From NCBI GenBank assembly GCA_963705705.1, contig CAVPKK010000004.1, positions 1 to 64,000 of the forward strand: a stretch of DNA of 64,000 nucleotides. The letters run 5' to 3'. Origin of the DNA: an uncultured bacterium. Lineage in GTDB: Bacteria; Babelota; Babeliae; Babelales; JABCYS01. Of the stretch, positions 47,724 through 58,074 are shown piece after piece. The position numbers and the translations under genes are program-made. Numbering within the stretch: the stretch's first letter is position 1; every line of letters begins with the position of its first letter. The notes beneath the pieces are model-generated. The model did not search any database, was not told where the DNA came from, and saw only the letters and a program-made list of their open reading frames with translations.

Positions 47724-47764
47724 ATTTGGAATTACAAATAGCGATAATTAAGCGCTTTCTGCCT

Positions 47765-47792
47765 TTGACAGGCAAATCAGACGTATTAACCT
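47765..47792 (+). promoter_or_regulatory. Putative sigma70 promoter of the RING/MutS-like operon
   Basis: TTGACA-16 nt-TAACCT. Confidence 0.45.
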
Positions 47793-47841
47793 GTACCCTA
47801 CCCAAAAATATCACCATCGATTTTACTCACGAGTATTAACA

Positions 47842-49332
47842 ATGATACGTCAATCAGTTATTTCCTTGCTTCTTCTTGGAACCTTAAGCCTGCCGCTTCA
47901 TGGCATGCATGCCGAGCACGATAGGTTTGAGCGAAGAGACAATTACCGACGACCTCACCAAAGACCTAATCTCGCCGCGATACGGGCTCTTGGTGTTGCA
48001 GCAGGAGTTGTTGGTTGCGGTGTAATGGGCTCACTCTTCTATGGAATTATTGACGGACAATCGACGCATGAAGGGGCGGATCATATCCAACTGTATGAAG
48101 CCGTTCGACTGCAGCAGTCGTGGTTGCTTCATCGTGTTATATCGGGATCCGTTGCCATAACGAATATCTTCAAAAGAGCAGATAAGGCTGGCATAAAAAG
48201 ATCTACACTTTATAAAGAAGCATTAAAATTTGCTGAAGAGATTTATGATCATCCAATCGCACGTATCTTGCATCAGCGGCTAACCGTCCAAGAGCAAGCG
48301 GAGCTTATGGCCGACTCTGAAGCTGCGATCGCACAAGCCACTCAAATTCCGGCGCCTGTAACAACCACACAGCCACAAAATGAAACACCGTTGATTGCAG
48401 CAAAAAGATTTGATGCCGCCGACCTCATTAGCATATCCCTAGTTACGGCAGCAATAGCAGCAGCCGGCATGCGCGTAGTTACTAAGAAAAAATACAGCCA
48501 AGATCTACTTGATTCGCGAAATACCGAAGCTGATTTAAATAAACAATTGGCTGCAGCAAATGCTCATTCACGTGATCTGCAAGCGCAGATATTAAACGCG
48601 CAAGTGCGCGCCAACAATTTGCAAAATCAAGTTCATGGACTGAACGGACAAATTAATGCGCGCGTGGTAGAAATTGCTGCATTGAATCAACAACTAGCCG
48701 ATGCAAGAAATGCACCTGCCATTGAACAACGACAATTACGGCGCGAACGCGATGTGTTAATGCTGCAGGTGGATAATTATGTAGAAGAAAGAAATGCCTG
48801 GGATGCAGAAAGAGTCCAACTGATCCAACAGGCTAACAATTTGCAGCGACAGCTCAATCAGCGCAATGCTCAACCAGTGGCACCCGCTCCTGCTCCGGCG
48901 CCAGCACCTAACAATCAACGGCCGGTGCCGGTGCAGAATGCAAGTCTATCGCCAAGTAATCAAGCAGCCCTTACACCTACCCTTGTTCAGCTAGCTGATC
49001 AAGCTAATCGACTTTTGGCACGAGCGCAGCAAGAACGTGAAGCAAATGGCAAACGTAAAGACGAAGAGGATGAAAAAGAGGCAAAAGAGTACAAAATGGA
49101 ATGTACCATTTGCATGGAAGATCGTTTAAAAACCGAAATGATTTATTTCCATCCGCCTTCAAAAGCTATACAAGAACGCCATCTTGCGTGCATAGACTGC
49201 CTTCCTAGCTTTTTGGCCAAACCAACTGACTGTCCTAATTGTCGCGAAAATATTGATGCTGACCGCAACCGTGCCTATATTAAATCCCAGCTGGATATAT
49301 TTGAAACTGAACTAGCGGCACGACGAGGCTAA
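47842..49332 (+). CDS. Membrane-anchored coiled-coil protein with C-terminal RING finger (putative E3 ligase effector)
   Basis: Signal peptide, TM helices, long coiled coil, CTIC..H..HLACIDC..CPNCR. Confidence 0.85.
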   Translation: MIRQSVISLLLLGTLSLPLHGMHAEHDRFERRDNYRRPHQRPNLAAIRALGVAAGVVGCGVMGSLFYGIIDGQSTHEGADHIQLYEAVRLQQSWLLHRVISGSVAITNIFKRADKAGIKRSTLYKEALKFAEEIYDHPIARILHQRLTVQEQAELMADSEAAIAQATQIPAPVTTTQPQNETPLIAAKRFDAADLISISLVTAAIAAAGMRVVTKKKYSQDLLDSRNTEADLNKQLAAANAHSRDLQAQILNAQVRANNLQNQVHGLNGQINARVVEIAALNQQLADARNAPAIEQRQLRRERDVLMLQVDNYVEERNAWDAERVQLIQQANNLQRQLNQRNAQPVAPAPAPAPAPNNQRPVPVQNASLSPSNQAALTPTLVQLADQANRLLARAQQEREANGKRKDEEDEKEAKEYKMECTICMEDRLKTEMIYFHPPSKAIQERHLACIDCLPSFLAKPTDCPNCRENIDADRNRAYIKSQLDIFETELAARRG

Positions 49333-49333
49333 T

Positions 49334-51343
49334 ATGTTTAAGAAACAATGGAGTGTTCCTATCCTCGTCATCGCGTTCCTTTTCCAGCCGGTACTCTATG
49401 CCAGTCCAAAAAACATGTATGCGGCAATACAAGAGCAACACGTTAAATCGTTCCATATTGAGACTGCGGCTAATTGGGATGAAAACTCCTTTTATAAATT
49501 TGTGGTGCGCTATTTTAGGGAACAGAAAAATCCAACCGTACGCAATAAACGCGAACTTGCATTTAATGTCCTAAAGTCTAACGCCAATGCACAGGCGAAC
49601 AAATCTTCAGTCAATACTATTCTTGATCAAAATTCATGGGAAGATCTAAATTTATTTTTCAATAAAAGCGGCGCGCAGCATTGCTTAGCTGAAGTTATTA
49701 ACCGAGCGACCACCGAGATTGGCCGCGTAACCTTATACCGCATGCTGGCTGAGCCGTGTGCTAATATTGATGAACTCAAAAAGCGACAAGCAATTATTCG
49801 CGAGCTGATAGAAAACGAAAAACTATTTCAATCATTAAGTGAAGCTTTGCATCTGGCACGTCAGCAGGAAAATTTGCTGCTCGCATTTTGGGATACTGAC
49901 GCACTTAAGGGCGCAAGCAGAAGCCTCTATTACGAAATTGAAGCGGTACAGTATCTCAATAATTCTCAGTATGCTCTTGCCGCAAAACACCTACTTGATA
50001 ACGGGCAACGGCTTACCTTCTTGGGAACCAACATTGCCGCTACGGTAATATTGCCTCTCTATACATTTGGGCGAGCAATTAAATATCGCAATGCTGGCTT
50101 TGAGGATCTTTCAAAAAAATTGATGGCGCTCAGTGGACCTGTGTCAGCATTCGGTTCTATGATTGAAAATCCATGGGTGCAAGGTTTCATTAGCCTTGGC
50201 TCAGCTGCATGCTGCGGTTTATGGGCTATGGGCATTTATGACTGGCAACGCGGGAGCATGGCCTTAACCAATGTATTGCGGATCCGCATGCAGCATGTTG
50301 GTACATTTATGAATGCTATCAATCAAGCCGGCGTAACGGCAGCGAGCAATCCAATACTCAAAGATATGCCAGCCGTGAGCGCATTACAGCAATTCTTTGC
50401 TCCTGATGCAATGCATACACCTGGCGTAAAACAATTGCTTGATACATTGGATGCCAACAAAATAAGTTCATTAGACTTGCTTGCCACCGGAAAATTATTG
50501 AGCGCTTTCAAGCAGATGAATGATCACAAAGATAAACTTATTCCGGCCATTGCTGCTTTTGGAGAGTTGGACGCATATTTGGCGATTGCAAAGTTGTATA
50601 AAGAATTCAATACCGAACGCGTTAATTTCACCTTTGCTCAGTACCTTGATGCTGAAAGACCATATATCCGTCTGACCAATTTCTGGAATCCATTCATTAA
50701 TCCAGAGAAGGTAGTCTCCAATAGTATCGAATTAGGTGGCGCGCAGCGAAATAATATGATTGTTACCGGTCCAAATGCTGGCGGCAAGTCAACTACACTC
50801 AAAGGCATTGCCATCTGCCTCATTATGGCGCAAACATTTGGTATAGTACCTGCACAAGAAGCAGTGATTACGCCATTTACCAAAATTGCCTCGTATCTGA
50901 ACATTACCGATGATATTGTGGCCGGGCATTCACTATTTAAAGCGGAAGTTATGCGTGCTCATAATTTAATTGAAACAGTAGAAAAGCTTGGGCCAAAGCA
51001 ATTTAGTTTTGTGATTTTAGATGAAATCTTTAACGGAACTTCGCCACACGAAGGAGCCGCAGCCGCTTATGGAACTGCAAAACATCTGGGAACTTTCGAT
51101 CGCAGCATTGCTATCGTAGCAACACATTTTTCATTGCTTACTGATCTTGAAAAGATATCTAACTCATTCACAAATTATCGCGTTCGCGTTAATAAACAAC
51201 ATGACGGACGATTAGAGTATCCATTTACTATTGAACATGGCATATCAGATCAGAATGTAGCACTTGATATGCTCCGGCTTGAAGGATTCAAAGGCGAGAT
51301 TTTGAAAGAAGCCGAAAACATCTTACGGCAGAGGCGCACATGA
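49334..51343 (+). CDS. MutS-family ATPase (domains III/V only) with signal peptide
   Basis: VTGPNAGGKST, SLFKAEV, ILDEIFNGT, ATHF; paralog of 21006-22967. Confidence 0.88.
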   Translation: MFKKQWSVPILVIAFLFQPVLYASPKNMYAAIQEQHVKSFHIETAANWDENSFYKFVVRYFREQKNPTVRNKRELAFNVLKSNANAQANKSSVNTILDQNSWEDLNLFFNKSGAQHCLAEVINRATTEIGRVTLYRMLAEPCANIDELKKRQAIIRELIENEKLFQSLSEALHLARQQENLLLAFWDTDALKGASRSLYYEIEAVQYLNNSQYALAAKHLLDNGQRLTFLGTNIAATVILPLYTFGRAIKYRNAGFEDLSKKLMALSGPVSAFGSMIENPWVQGFISLGSAACCGLWAMGIYDWQRGSMALTNVLRIRMQHVGTFMNAINQAGVTAASNPILKDMPAVSALQQFFAPDAMHTPGVKQLLDTLDANKISSLDLLATGKLLSAFKQMNDHKDKLIPAIAAFGELDAYLAIAKLYKEFNTERVNFTFAQYLDAERPYIRLTNFWNPFINPEKVVSNSIELGGAQRNNMIVTGPNAGGKSTTLKGIAICLIMAQTFGIVPAQEAVITPFTKIASYLNITDDIVAGHSLFKAEVMRAHNLIETVEKLGPKQFSFVILDEIFNGTSPHEGAAAAYGTAKHLGTFDRSIAIVATHFSLLTDLEKISNSFTNYRVRVNKQHDGRLEYPFTIEHGISDQNVALDMLRLEGFKGEILKEAENILRQRRT

Positions 51344-52388
51344 CAAAAAATAGATTAATCGCAATTTGCGCCATATTACTCGGCTGCACACTTTCAATAC
51401 CATTGCATACAATGCACGGCGAATGGAATGATGACAATAATCGCGAATATAATGCCGGCCCTGAAGGATTCCCCAATCATAATCCGCGGCCTAATGCCTC
51501 AGCCGCTGGCGATTTTGCATTCAATGAGGGTAACCGCAATACCTCGTTGTGGTTTCTTGCCGCAGTCGGCCTAGGCACAGTTGGATCAATTACATACGGC
51601 ATCATGGAAGGCATAAACGGCGATGGCAGACGTGATGACATTCAAATGTATGAAGCGGTAAAAGCGCAGCAATCGTGGCTATTGCATAATTATATAGCTG
51701 GCAGAATAACGGAATTCCGGCTATTAATAAAAGTAGAAAAAGAGGGCATAAAAAAATCTGATCTGTATCAAGCAGCTAGTACTTATGCTGAAACACGGGT
51801 TGATTACAAAACATCTTTAGAGCTAAAGCAACGACTCGAAGCAGCTCAAAATCAAGAATTATATGCTGAAATTTATGCACTAGAAAAGCCAAATGGTGCG
51901 AGCGCACCGGCACAACAGTCGCCATATATAGTGACCACTGAGCAAGAACAAGAAGAAATTATAGCTCCCTCTACCAATGCTCAATCGGAAGATACAATAA
52001 CCAGCAATTCCAATAATTCAACCTCACAAACAGTTATTCACCCAAAGTCATAATGGGAGCTTGCAGTTTAACAGCACTAACTATTGGTACTATGGCATAT
52101 GCTATAACGACAAAGCTATTACGACAAGCAAAAACTGAAACAGATAATATACGTGATCAACTCGGCAATGCACGCAGAGAAAATGACCGCGAATGTGTTA
52201 TATGCATGAACGAAGTTGCCGCGCCTACTATTTTGCTACACCCAGGGGCTGTACATCATAAGGCATGCCGGGATTGCGCAGCGCAGCTTCTTCGCGCACA
52301 CCCTTCACGATGTCATATCTGTCGGGAAGATTTATTCCCGCAATTCGTTAACCACCAGTTAAACCATCAGCCACACCAGCCGCATTAA
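51340..52388 (+). CDS. RING-finger effector paralog, split into 51340-52053 and 52053-52388, probably by one missing base
   Basis: First part aligns with the N-terminal domain of 47842; second part supplies TM, coiled coil and RING (CVIC..HKACRDC..CHICR). One extra A at 52044-52046 fuses them (..HPKVIMGACS..). Confidence 0.75.
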
Positions 52389-52389
52389 T

Positions 52390-52959
52390 ATGATTCAACG
52401 AGTATCCTTTATTTGTTTATTTCTTTTCTTAGCGACTGTTGCTCCCTTGCAAGGCGTTGATGCAACACAAGAAGCCACGCCCGCACCTGAATCCACAAGC
52501 ATAAATGATGGGTATAGCATCAATACCATGATGTATATGAGCACTCTGTTGCTCATACCGGTAGCAGTATTGCTTGCCAGAAGAGATGCAAAAATAATAC
52601 ATTTGGATCAACCAAAAGATCCAATCGCAGAGGCATTGAGACGCAATATAGATGAAGTAAATGCAGCAAAGGTACCGTTGCGCAATCAAATATCACACGC
52701 AGAGAATATTATGCGTAGGGCTGCCAATGGACGCCTTCAACTCGATCTTGGTGATCCGCGCGCTCAACCGATCGCTATGTTCATTCAAGAACTTACTAAT
52801 TACAGGCAGCAACAGGAAGGAATGCGCGAAGAAATAGATCAGCTACCTGTAATGCTTCGAAGAGCTACTGCAGAAAACAAACAGCTAAGTCTTAGACTAG
52901 ATGCAACGCGTGCAGAAATAAAAAAGCTAACGTCGGAAGTTGATGAGAAAAAACAGTAA
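52390..52959 (+). CDS. Signal peptide + TM + coiled-coil protein
   Basis: MIQR-type leader as in neighbours; TM STLLLIPVAVLLA; heptad C-terminus; no RING. Confidence 0.7.
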   Translation: MIQRVSFICLFLFLATVAPLQGVDATQEATPAPESTSINDGYSINTMMYMSTLLLIPVAVLLARRDAKIIHLDQPKDPIAEALRRNIDEVNAAKVPLRNQISHAENIMRRAANGRLQLDLGDPRAQPIAMFIQELTNYRQQQEGMREEIDQLPVMLRRATAENKQLSLRLDATRAEIKKLTSEVDEKKQ

Positions 52960-52967
52960 GGCTACCC

Positions 52968-54128
52968 ATGATTCGTAGATCAATACATATTAGTTTACTG
53001 ACGTTAGGCATCGCCATGATGCCAATTCAGAGCAATGCTTCCCCTCGTCCTACTATGCCCTTTATAGCTACAGCGGGAGCTACGCTAGGGCTTTACATCT
53101 GGATATTTGATTTTTGGTATTGGTGCGTTTACTCAAATTTATGGAAGGTGAAGAGTACTGACATACTTCTGTATGAAGCCCTTGCAATTCAACAACATCC
53201 CCTATTATTTCCTGTAAGTTATTTCATAGGCAAAAGATACGAGCATTGGCTAATGGAAAATAAGAGTGCAGAAGAAAAAGTTCAATTGTATAAAGCAGCA
53301 TTATGCTATGCAGAAGATTTGAGACAAAATCCTAAAGCTTGGGAATCACAATGCAAGTTGCATCATCACGTAGATGGCAATTGGGACGAAAAAATAGAAA
53401 TTGAATACTCTGCGTACAATAAAGAAACCGAAGAAACATTACGAGCACAGCTTAATGCCTTGCAGGGAATAGAAGATGAAGCTATAGGCACTGATAGCGA
53501 TCGCCAGGAAAACGACACTTCCTTCGGAAAAACTGCACAATATTGCATGTACACGGCTCTTGGTATGTCTACCGGCATGTACATATTTGCCTTAAAAAGA
53601 GAACTTGCAAAGAAGAAGGCTGATGAGATTAATAGACTCACCAGAGTTCTCGCCACCGTACATGCCGAACTGCAAGATTTACGCGAACGGGCCGAAGGCG
53701 GGCAACGGCAAGTTTCTATCATATACCAAGATGCAGCGGAAAACGTAGAGGCGCAGGTCATCCAAGCATTGGAGGAATGCGGAGACTTACAACAACGTTT
53801 AACCGAATTAAATCCAATCCGAGAAAAGCTCACTCGAAAAATAAGGGCGCGTGCAACCCTCGTAGAAGAGTTGGCTAATGCACAGCGAAAGTTGGCTGAT
53901 TTGCAGAAGGAAAAAGGTATCGCAAAGCCCCCAGAAGCTGAACGGTGCCCGGTTTGTTTGGATGATGAAGTAAAACCAACCATTTCTCTGCATGAAAATA
54001 ATATACCGCATCATCTTTGCAGAACTTGCGCTCAAGCAATATTAAATGATACACAAAAATGCCCGACCTGCAGACAACCAATAAATAGCCGGCTTGTTCA
54101 ACGACAATTGCACGCGCACACAATCTGA
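52968..54128 (+). CDS. RING-finger effector paralog
   Basis: MIRRS leader, LYEA..QQ domain, TM, coiled coil, CPVC..HHLCRTC..CPTCR. Confidence 0.85.
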   Translation: MIRRSIHISLLTLGIAMMPIQSNASPRPTMPFIATAGATLGLYIWIFDFWYWCVYSNLWKVKSTDILLYEALAIQQHPLLFPVSYFIGKRYEHWLMENKSAEEKVQLYKAALCYAEDLRQNPKAWESQCKLHHHVDGNWDEKIEIEYSAYNKETEETLRAQLNALQGIEDEAIGTDSDRQENDTSFGKTAQYCMYTALGMSTGMYIFALKRELAKKKADEINRLTRVLATVHAELQDLRERAEGGQRQVSIIYQDAAENVEAQVIQALEECGDLQQRLTELNPIREKLTRKIRARATLVEELANAQRKLADLQKEKGIAKPPEAERCPVCLDDEVKPTISLHENNIPHHLCRTCAQAILNDTQKCPTCRQPINSRLVQRQLHAHTI

Positions 54129-54266
54129 TAATTCGCCAATAACGCAACATACAATAATGGACAGATTAGCTACTGATATGGTGCTGCTCATTTGACATTG
54201 ATTACTGCATCGCTACGCTGTGCCGCGTATTTGGCTATCTATCTATTTCACGAAAGTAACATCATC

Positions 54267-54863
54267 ATGAATAAACAGTCCCTAACATTATGGGTCATAT
54301 TTTCAGCCTTTTTTTGCCAAACAATCCATACTGCTCATTTTTTGGATGATGAAATGGATATAGATCTTGAACCGACTAAGCGTTCATTTTCACCAGCCGC
54401 AACTTCTTCCATCATGGGATATAGCGCATTGGCCGCAAGCGCTGCTGGTGCACTCGTGTATAAAATTGCAAACTCGTCATTTAGAAGATCATTAGACGCA
54501 AAAGATTCAGCCATTTCTGATTTATCTGCCCAATTCAAAAAGTTCCAAACTGATTACGACACAAAAGAACAAACACATTTTGATGATTTATCACGCCAAA
54601 TTGCTGCCTTATCGCAACAGATGAATCAAGCTATGCAAGGTGAAAATGCGTTTAGCCCGATTCTACCGCGCTCGGCACAGAATGCTGGAAGAAGATCCTC
54701 TGCACCGATTAATGACCAAGCCGGTAGAAATTTAACCGGTGAATTTAATGCAGCAGCATCAGCAAGTCCGGCCGCAAAAGGCGAACCATCAGAACACAAA
54801 TCGCAATCACGATCGCAACTGGATGATAGTACAGATATCTGGTTAGCCCCTGGTAACGAGTAA
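54267..54863 (+). CDS. Hypothetical secreted/TM coiled-coil protein
   Basis: Signal peptide, TM ALAASAAGALVY; TTGACA-16-TACGCT upstream at 54192. Confidence 0.7.
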   Translation: MNKQSLTLWVIFSAFFCQTIHTAHFLDDEMDIDLEPTKRSFSPAATSSIMGYSALAASAAGALVYKIANSSFRRSLDAKDSAISDLSAQFKKFQTDYDTKEQTHFDDLSRQIAALSQQMNQAMQGENAFSPILPRSAQNAGRRSSAPINDQAGRNLTGEFNAAASASPAAKGEPSEHKSQSRSQLDDSTDIWLAPGNE

Positions 54864-54887
54864 AATAATAATCTTTTGAAAAGCTAA

Positions 54888-54913
54888 GGGCGTGAGTTTC
54901 GACTCACGCCTTT
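54888..54913. terminator. Bidirectional terminator
   Basis: GGCGTGAGT-TTCG-ACTCACGCC between convergent genes. Confidence 0.7.
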
Positions 54914-55992
54914 GTTGTTGTTGTAATGGAATTAGACAATAATTTTTTAATCAAGAAAAAGCCGCCTAATAGCCCTAGGGTAACGGTAATATATTTGCGA
55001 TTCCCAGCCCAAATTAGTGCCTTGGCTGATAGAGAGTCTTCTGGTAGACCAATATTTACTTTGTTGTTTTGATGAAATACAGACAACGGGCCCGACGGCT
55101 GACCAAGTGAAGAAGATTGAATTGCACTGCTATTGCTCGGCAATTCATTAATCTGGCTATGCATTGGCGATAAGGCAGCGGCAACTGGCATCACAATTGT
55201 TAATTGCGCAGGTTCCCGCACTTCAAAAGCCCTTTCAGACATCGTAGAATCCAACGAAATACCTAATTTAGTAGCACGCTGTTCCGCTTCAGCACACATT
55301 TGCTTCCAGAGCTCATTAACTGCCTGTTTCTTTGCTTCGAAACAAAATTTTTCTCGTTCATAAACATCTTTGGTAATGCTTCCATCGGCAAATTTCTTCT
55401 CTATTTCATTAAATTCCTGATCTCTGCGGGACACATTCACCAGATAGAGCTTAAGATGCAAGCGGTCAACTACGCATTCAAGCCGCTCACGATCATTTGC
55501 CTGCGCATTCTCTAAATCCTTTAATGCTTGCTGAAGCTGAATCACATTGGATTTAAATTCCTCTGGGTAGCTCGCTACATCGACCCCTTTTGCAATAAAT
55601 TTTTTCCGCAGAGTTTTGGTTCTTTCAAATGGTGGTTTTGCAAGAACATTGGCATAAATTTCTTTCCGCAAAATTTCTTTTTCGGCATCAGTTAACTCAC
55701 CAGTTTTAAATAATTGTCGGATCCTCCTGCTTGCCTCAGTTTCGGGCCACATTGAACGATTGGTACCAGCGGGTGTTTGCGGCACTTGTAGAGAACTACT
55801 GATATTTATACTTAATGGCCGAGACCGCATAATAGATGATTGACTCCTGCCTTTGCCAGTGGCTGAGCCTTCAGATGAGGAACTTGAACCGAAATTCTTT
55901 AGTGGAAAAATTAGGAGAGCTACATAGGCCAATCTGGAAAGCCTACTATAAGATTTGAAATGTGAGATCATCAACGAAGTGGATTTTTTCAT
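54904..55992 (-). CDS. Hypothetical Ser-rich coiled-coil protein with C-terminal TM
   Basis: 362-aa ORF with AAAGG RBS, hydrophobic leader and C-terminal anchor. Confidence 0.7.
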   Translation of the reverse strand: MKKSTSLMISHFKSYSRLSRLAYVALLIFPLKNFGSSSSSEGSATGKGRSQSSIMRSRPLSINISSSLQVPQTPAGTNRSMWPETEASRRIRQLFKTGELTDAEKEILRKEIYANVLAKPPFERTKTLRKKFIAKGVDVASYPEEFKSNVIQLQQALKDLENAQANDRERLECVVDRLHLKLYLVNVSRRDQEFNEIEKKFADGSITKDVYEREKFCFEAKKQAVNELWKQMCAEAEQRATKLGISLDSTMSERAFEVREPAQLTIVMPVAAALSPMHSQINELPSNSSAIQSSSLGQPSGPLSVFHQNNKVNIGLPEDSLSAKALIWAGNRKYITVTLGLLGGFFLIKKLLSNSITTTTKA

Positions 55993-56410
55993 GGTAACAC
56001 CCTTTAGTTAAATCTAATGCTTGAATTTGCAACACTGCAGAGCAGTAAGCAACCATAATTGTAAACGAGCTTTGCGGTAAGTCCTATACCCTGTTTGCAT
56101 TTGCCCGAAATTCGGCTAGGCTCTTTTGCATCTATTTTCATATCTTAATTCATTGGCAATCCCAAGGAGCGCCGAACATGAACATTCAACTTACTCGTTA
56201 GCCTCAAAAGGCCCGAGATACTATTACCCAAGCGTCAAAATTTGCATTGCGCAAAAGCATTGGCGCGATCATGTTCATTTTTTCTGGCACTCATTTTCTC
56301 ATGTATTACATTTCCTTCGTATTTGATCCAGCGAAATGATCATGCGCAATAATAGCGCATCAGAATTCAATGCAATTTAATTTGTAACCTTTTTATTCGA
56401 AAGACTGCAT

Positions 56411-57166
56411 ATGCAGCCATTAGTAGATCTAAAAAATATTCATAAAACCTATGGGCGCGGTGACCAAGCGATCAACGCCCTCAAAGGTGTTTCATTTTCC
56501 ATTTACCCAGGCGAAATTGTAGGCTTGCTCGGTGTAAACGGCGCTGGCAAGACGACCGTTTCCTCTATCATCGCCACATTGCATCCCGCAACATCAGGTG
56601 AGGTGCTATTCAATGGCGATCCAATCTACAGCAATCTACTTGCTTATCGCCAAGCGCTGGGGTTCTGCCCGCAAAAGCCGAATGTAGATAAAGATCTAAC
56701 CGTTTACGAAAACCTCTGGTATGCCGGCCATTTCTACGGCTTACCAGAAGCTTTTATCGAAGAACGTATTAAGGAACTTTTGCAGCAATTTGAATTGGCG
56801 CAATATGCCAACCACAAACCAGAAGTTCTCTCGGGTGGTTATAAGCAACGATTGCTCATTGCCCGTGCGCTTATTCATAAACCGAAATTAATTATTCTTG
56901 ATGAGCCAACAGTTGGCCTTGATCCGCATATTCGTCGCCAACTGTGGGACGTAATCAGATCGGTTAAACAACAAGGCATGACAGTGTTGCTTACTACTCA
57001 TTATTTGGATGAAGCAGAATTTCTCTCCGACCGTGTGATTGTGATGGATAAAGGCTTGGTGCGCGTCATCGATACGCCGGCCAATCTCCTGAAGACATAC
57101 AATAAGACTAAGTTGGAAGATGTGTTTCTCCATTTAATGGACGAACAAAGTAAGCCAACCGAATAG
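56411..57166 (+). CDS. ABC-2 type exporter ATP-binding subunit
   Basis: GVNGAGKTT, LSGG, LDEPTVGLD, TTHY. Confidence 0.93.
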   Translation: MQPLVDLKNIHKTYGRGDQAINALKGVSFSIYPGEIVGLLGVNGAGKTTVSSIIATLHPATSGEVLFNGDPIYSNLLAYRQALGFCPQKPNVDKDLTVYENLWYAGHFYGLPEAFIEERIKELLQQFELAQYANHKPEVLSGGYKQRLLIARALIHKPKLIILDEPTVGLDPHIRRQLWDVIRSVKQQGMTVLLTTHYLDEAEFLSDRVIVMDKGLVRVIDTPANLLKTYNKTKLEDVFLHLMDEQSKPTE

Positions 57167-57201
57167 CAAAATAATCTTAACAATCAGAAAAACTAGCAAA
57201 T

Positions 57202-57238
57202 CGCGCTCATCCTGAGTTAATCGAAGGATCAAAGCGCG
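57202..57238 (+). repeat. CCTGAG-family palindromic unit (37 bp)
   Basis: CGCGCTCATCCTGAGTTAATCGAAGGATCAAAGCGCG. Confidence 0.88.
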
Positions 57239-57258
57239 AGAAAGACTAAGAAATCAAT

Positions 57259-58062
57259 ATGCAAAATAATATCTCAATCAAACCCAGCCAGTGGCATACC
57301 TTCTTCTGGCTCATCCGCCGTGATCTCTACAAACTTAATAAAAGTTTTAAAGATACATTCATAGATATGGTTATCCCAATGACGGTAATCACCCTTATCT
57401 CAGGCTACATTATGCCTTCCTTTGGATTACCTGCCTCGTATGGTGGGTTCAGCGCGATTGGCACGGTAACATTTTGGAGTTATGGCTGGCCATTTTGGCG
57501 ACTCGCCAACTTTTTGCTGACCGATTTGATGAGCGATAAAAGTGTTGAATATGAGCTTGTTTTACCAATGCCATCATGGATGGTTTTCGCCCGCATTGTA
57601 ACAGCTTGGACAATACAAATCTCATTTGTTAATGCAGCCACATTATTCATTGGTAAACTTATATTAGGATCCAGTTTTGATTTATCACACGCATCTTGGT
57701 CTAAATATGTATTGATCTATGTATTGATGACTGCATGCTTTTGCATATTCGCCGGCATGATTATCTTTGCCTTAAAATCAACGGCATCATTTTGGCAATT
57801 TGCTTCTCGTGCACATTTCCCAATCGCATTTCTTGGCTGCTATCAATTTCCGTGGCAAATGGCTTATCAGGCAATTTGGCCGTTAGCAATCATAGATCTT
57901 GCCAACCCTTTCACCTACGCAGTCGAAGGAATGAGAGCCTCCGTTTTGGGGCAAACAGGCTATCTCAATTATTGGCTCTGCGTCGGCATGCTAATCCTCT
58001 TTTTATTAATTTTCTTTGCTGTCGGCGTACGTGGATTTAAAAAGAAATTAGATTGTGTGTAA
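57259..58062 (+). CDS. ABC-2 type exporter permease
   Basis: About six TM helices, NPFTYAVEGMRA. Confidence 0.88.
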   Translation: MQNNISIKPSQWHTFFWLIRRDLYKLNKSFKDTFIDMVIPMTVITLISGYIMPSFGLPASYGGFSAIGTVTFWSYGWPFWRLANFLLTDLMSDKSVEYELVLPMPSWMVFARIVTAWTIQISFVNAATLFIGKLILGSSFDLSHASWSKYVLIYVLMTACFCIFAGMIIFALKSTASFWQFASRAHFPIAFLGCYQFPWQMAYQAIWPLAIIDLANPFTYAVEGMRASVLGQTGYLNYWLCVGMLILFLLIFFAVGVRGFKKKLDCV

Positions 58063-58074
58063 TTAGGAATTAAT

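Noticed and set aside
52040..52056. TAATG overlap as two genuine genes or regulated frameshift
   Set aside because: One added A in a short A-run restores the architecture of the intact paralogs. An indel error is the simplest reading, although a real split cannot be excluded without reads.
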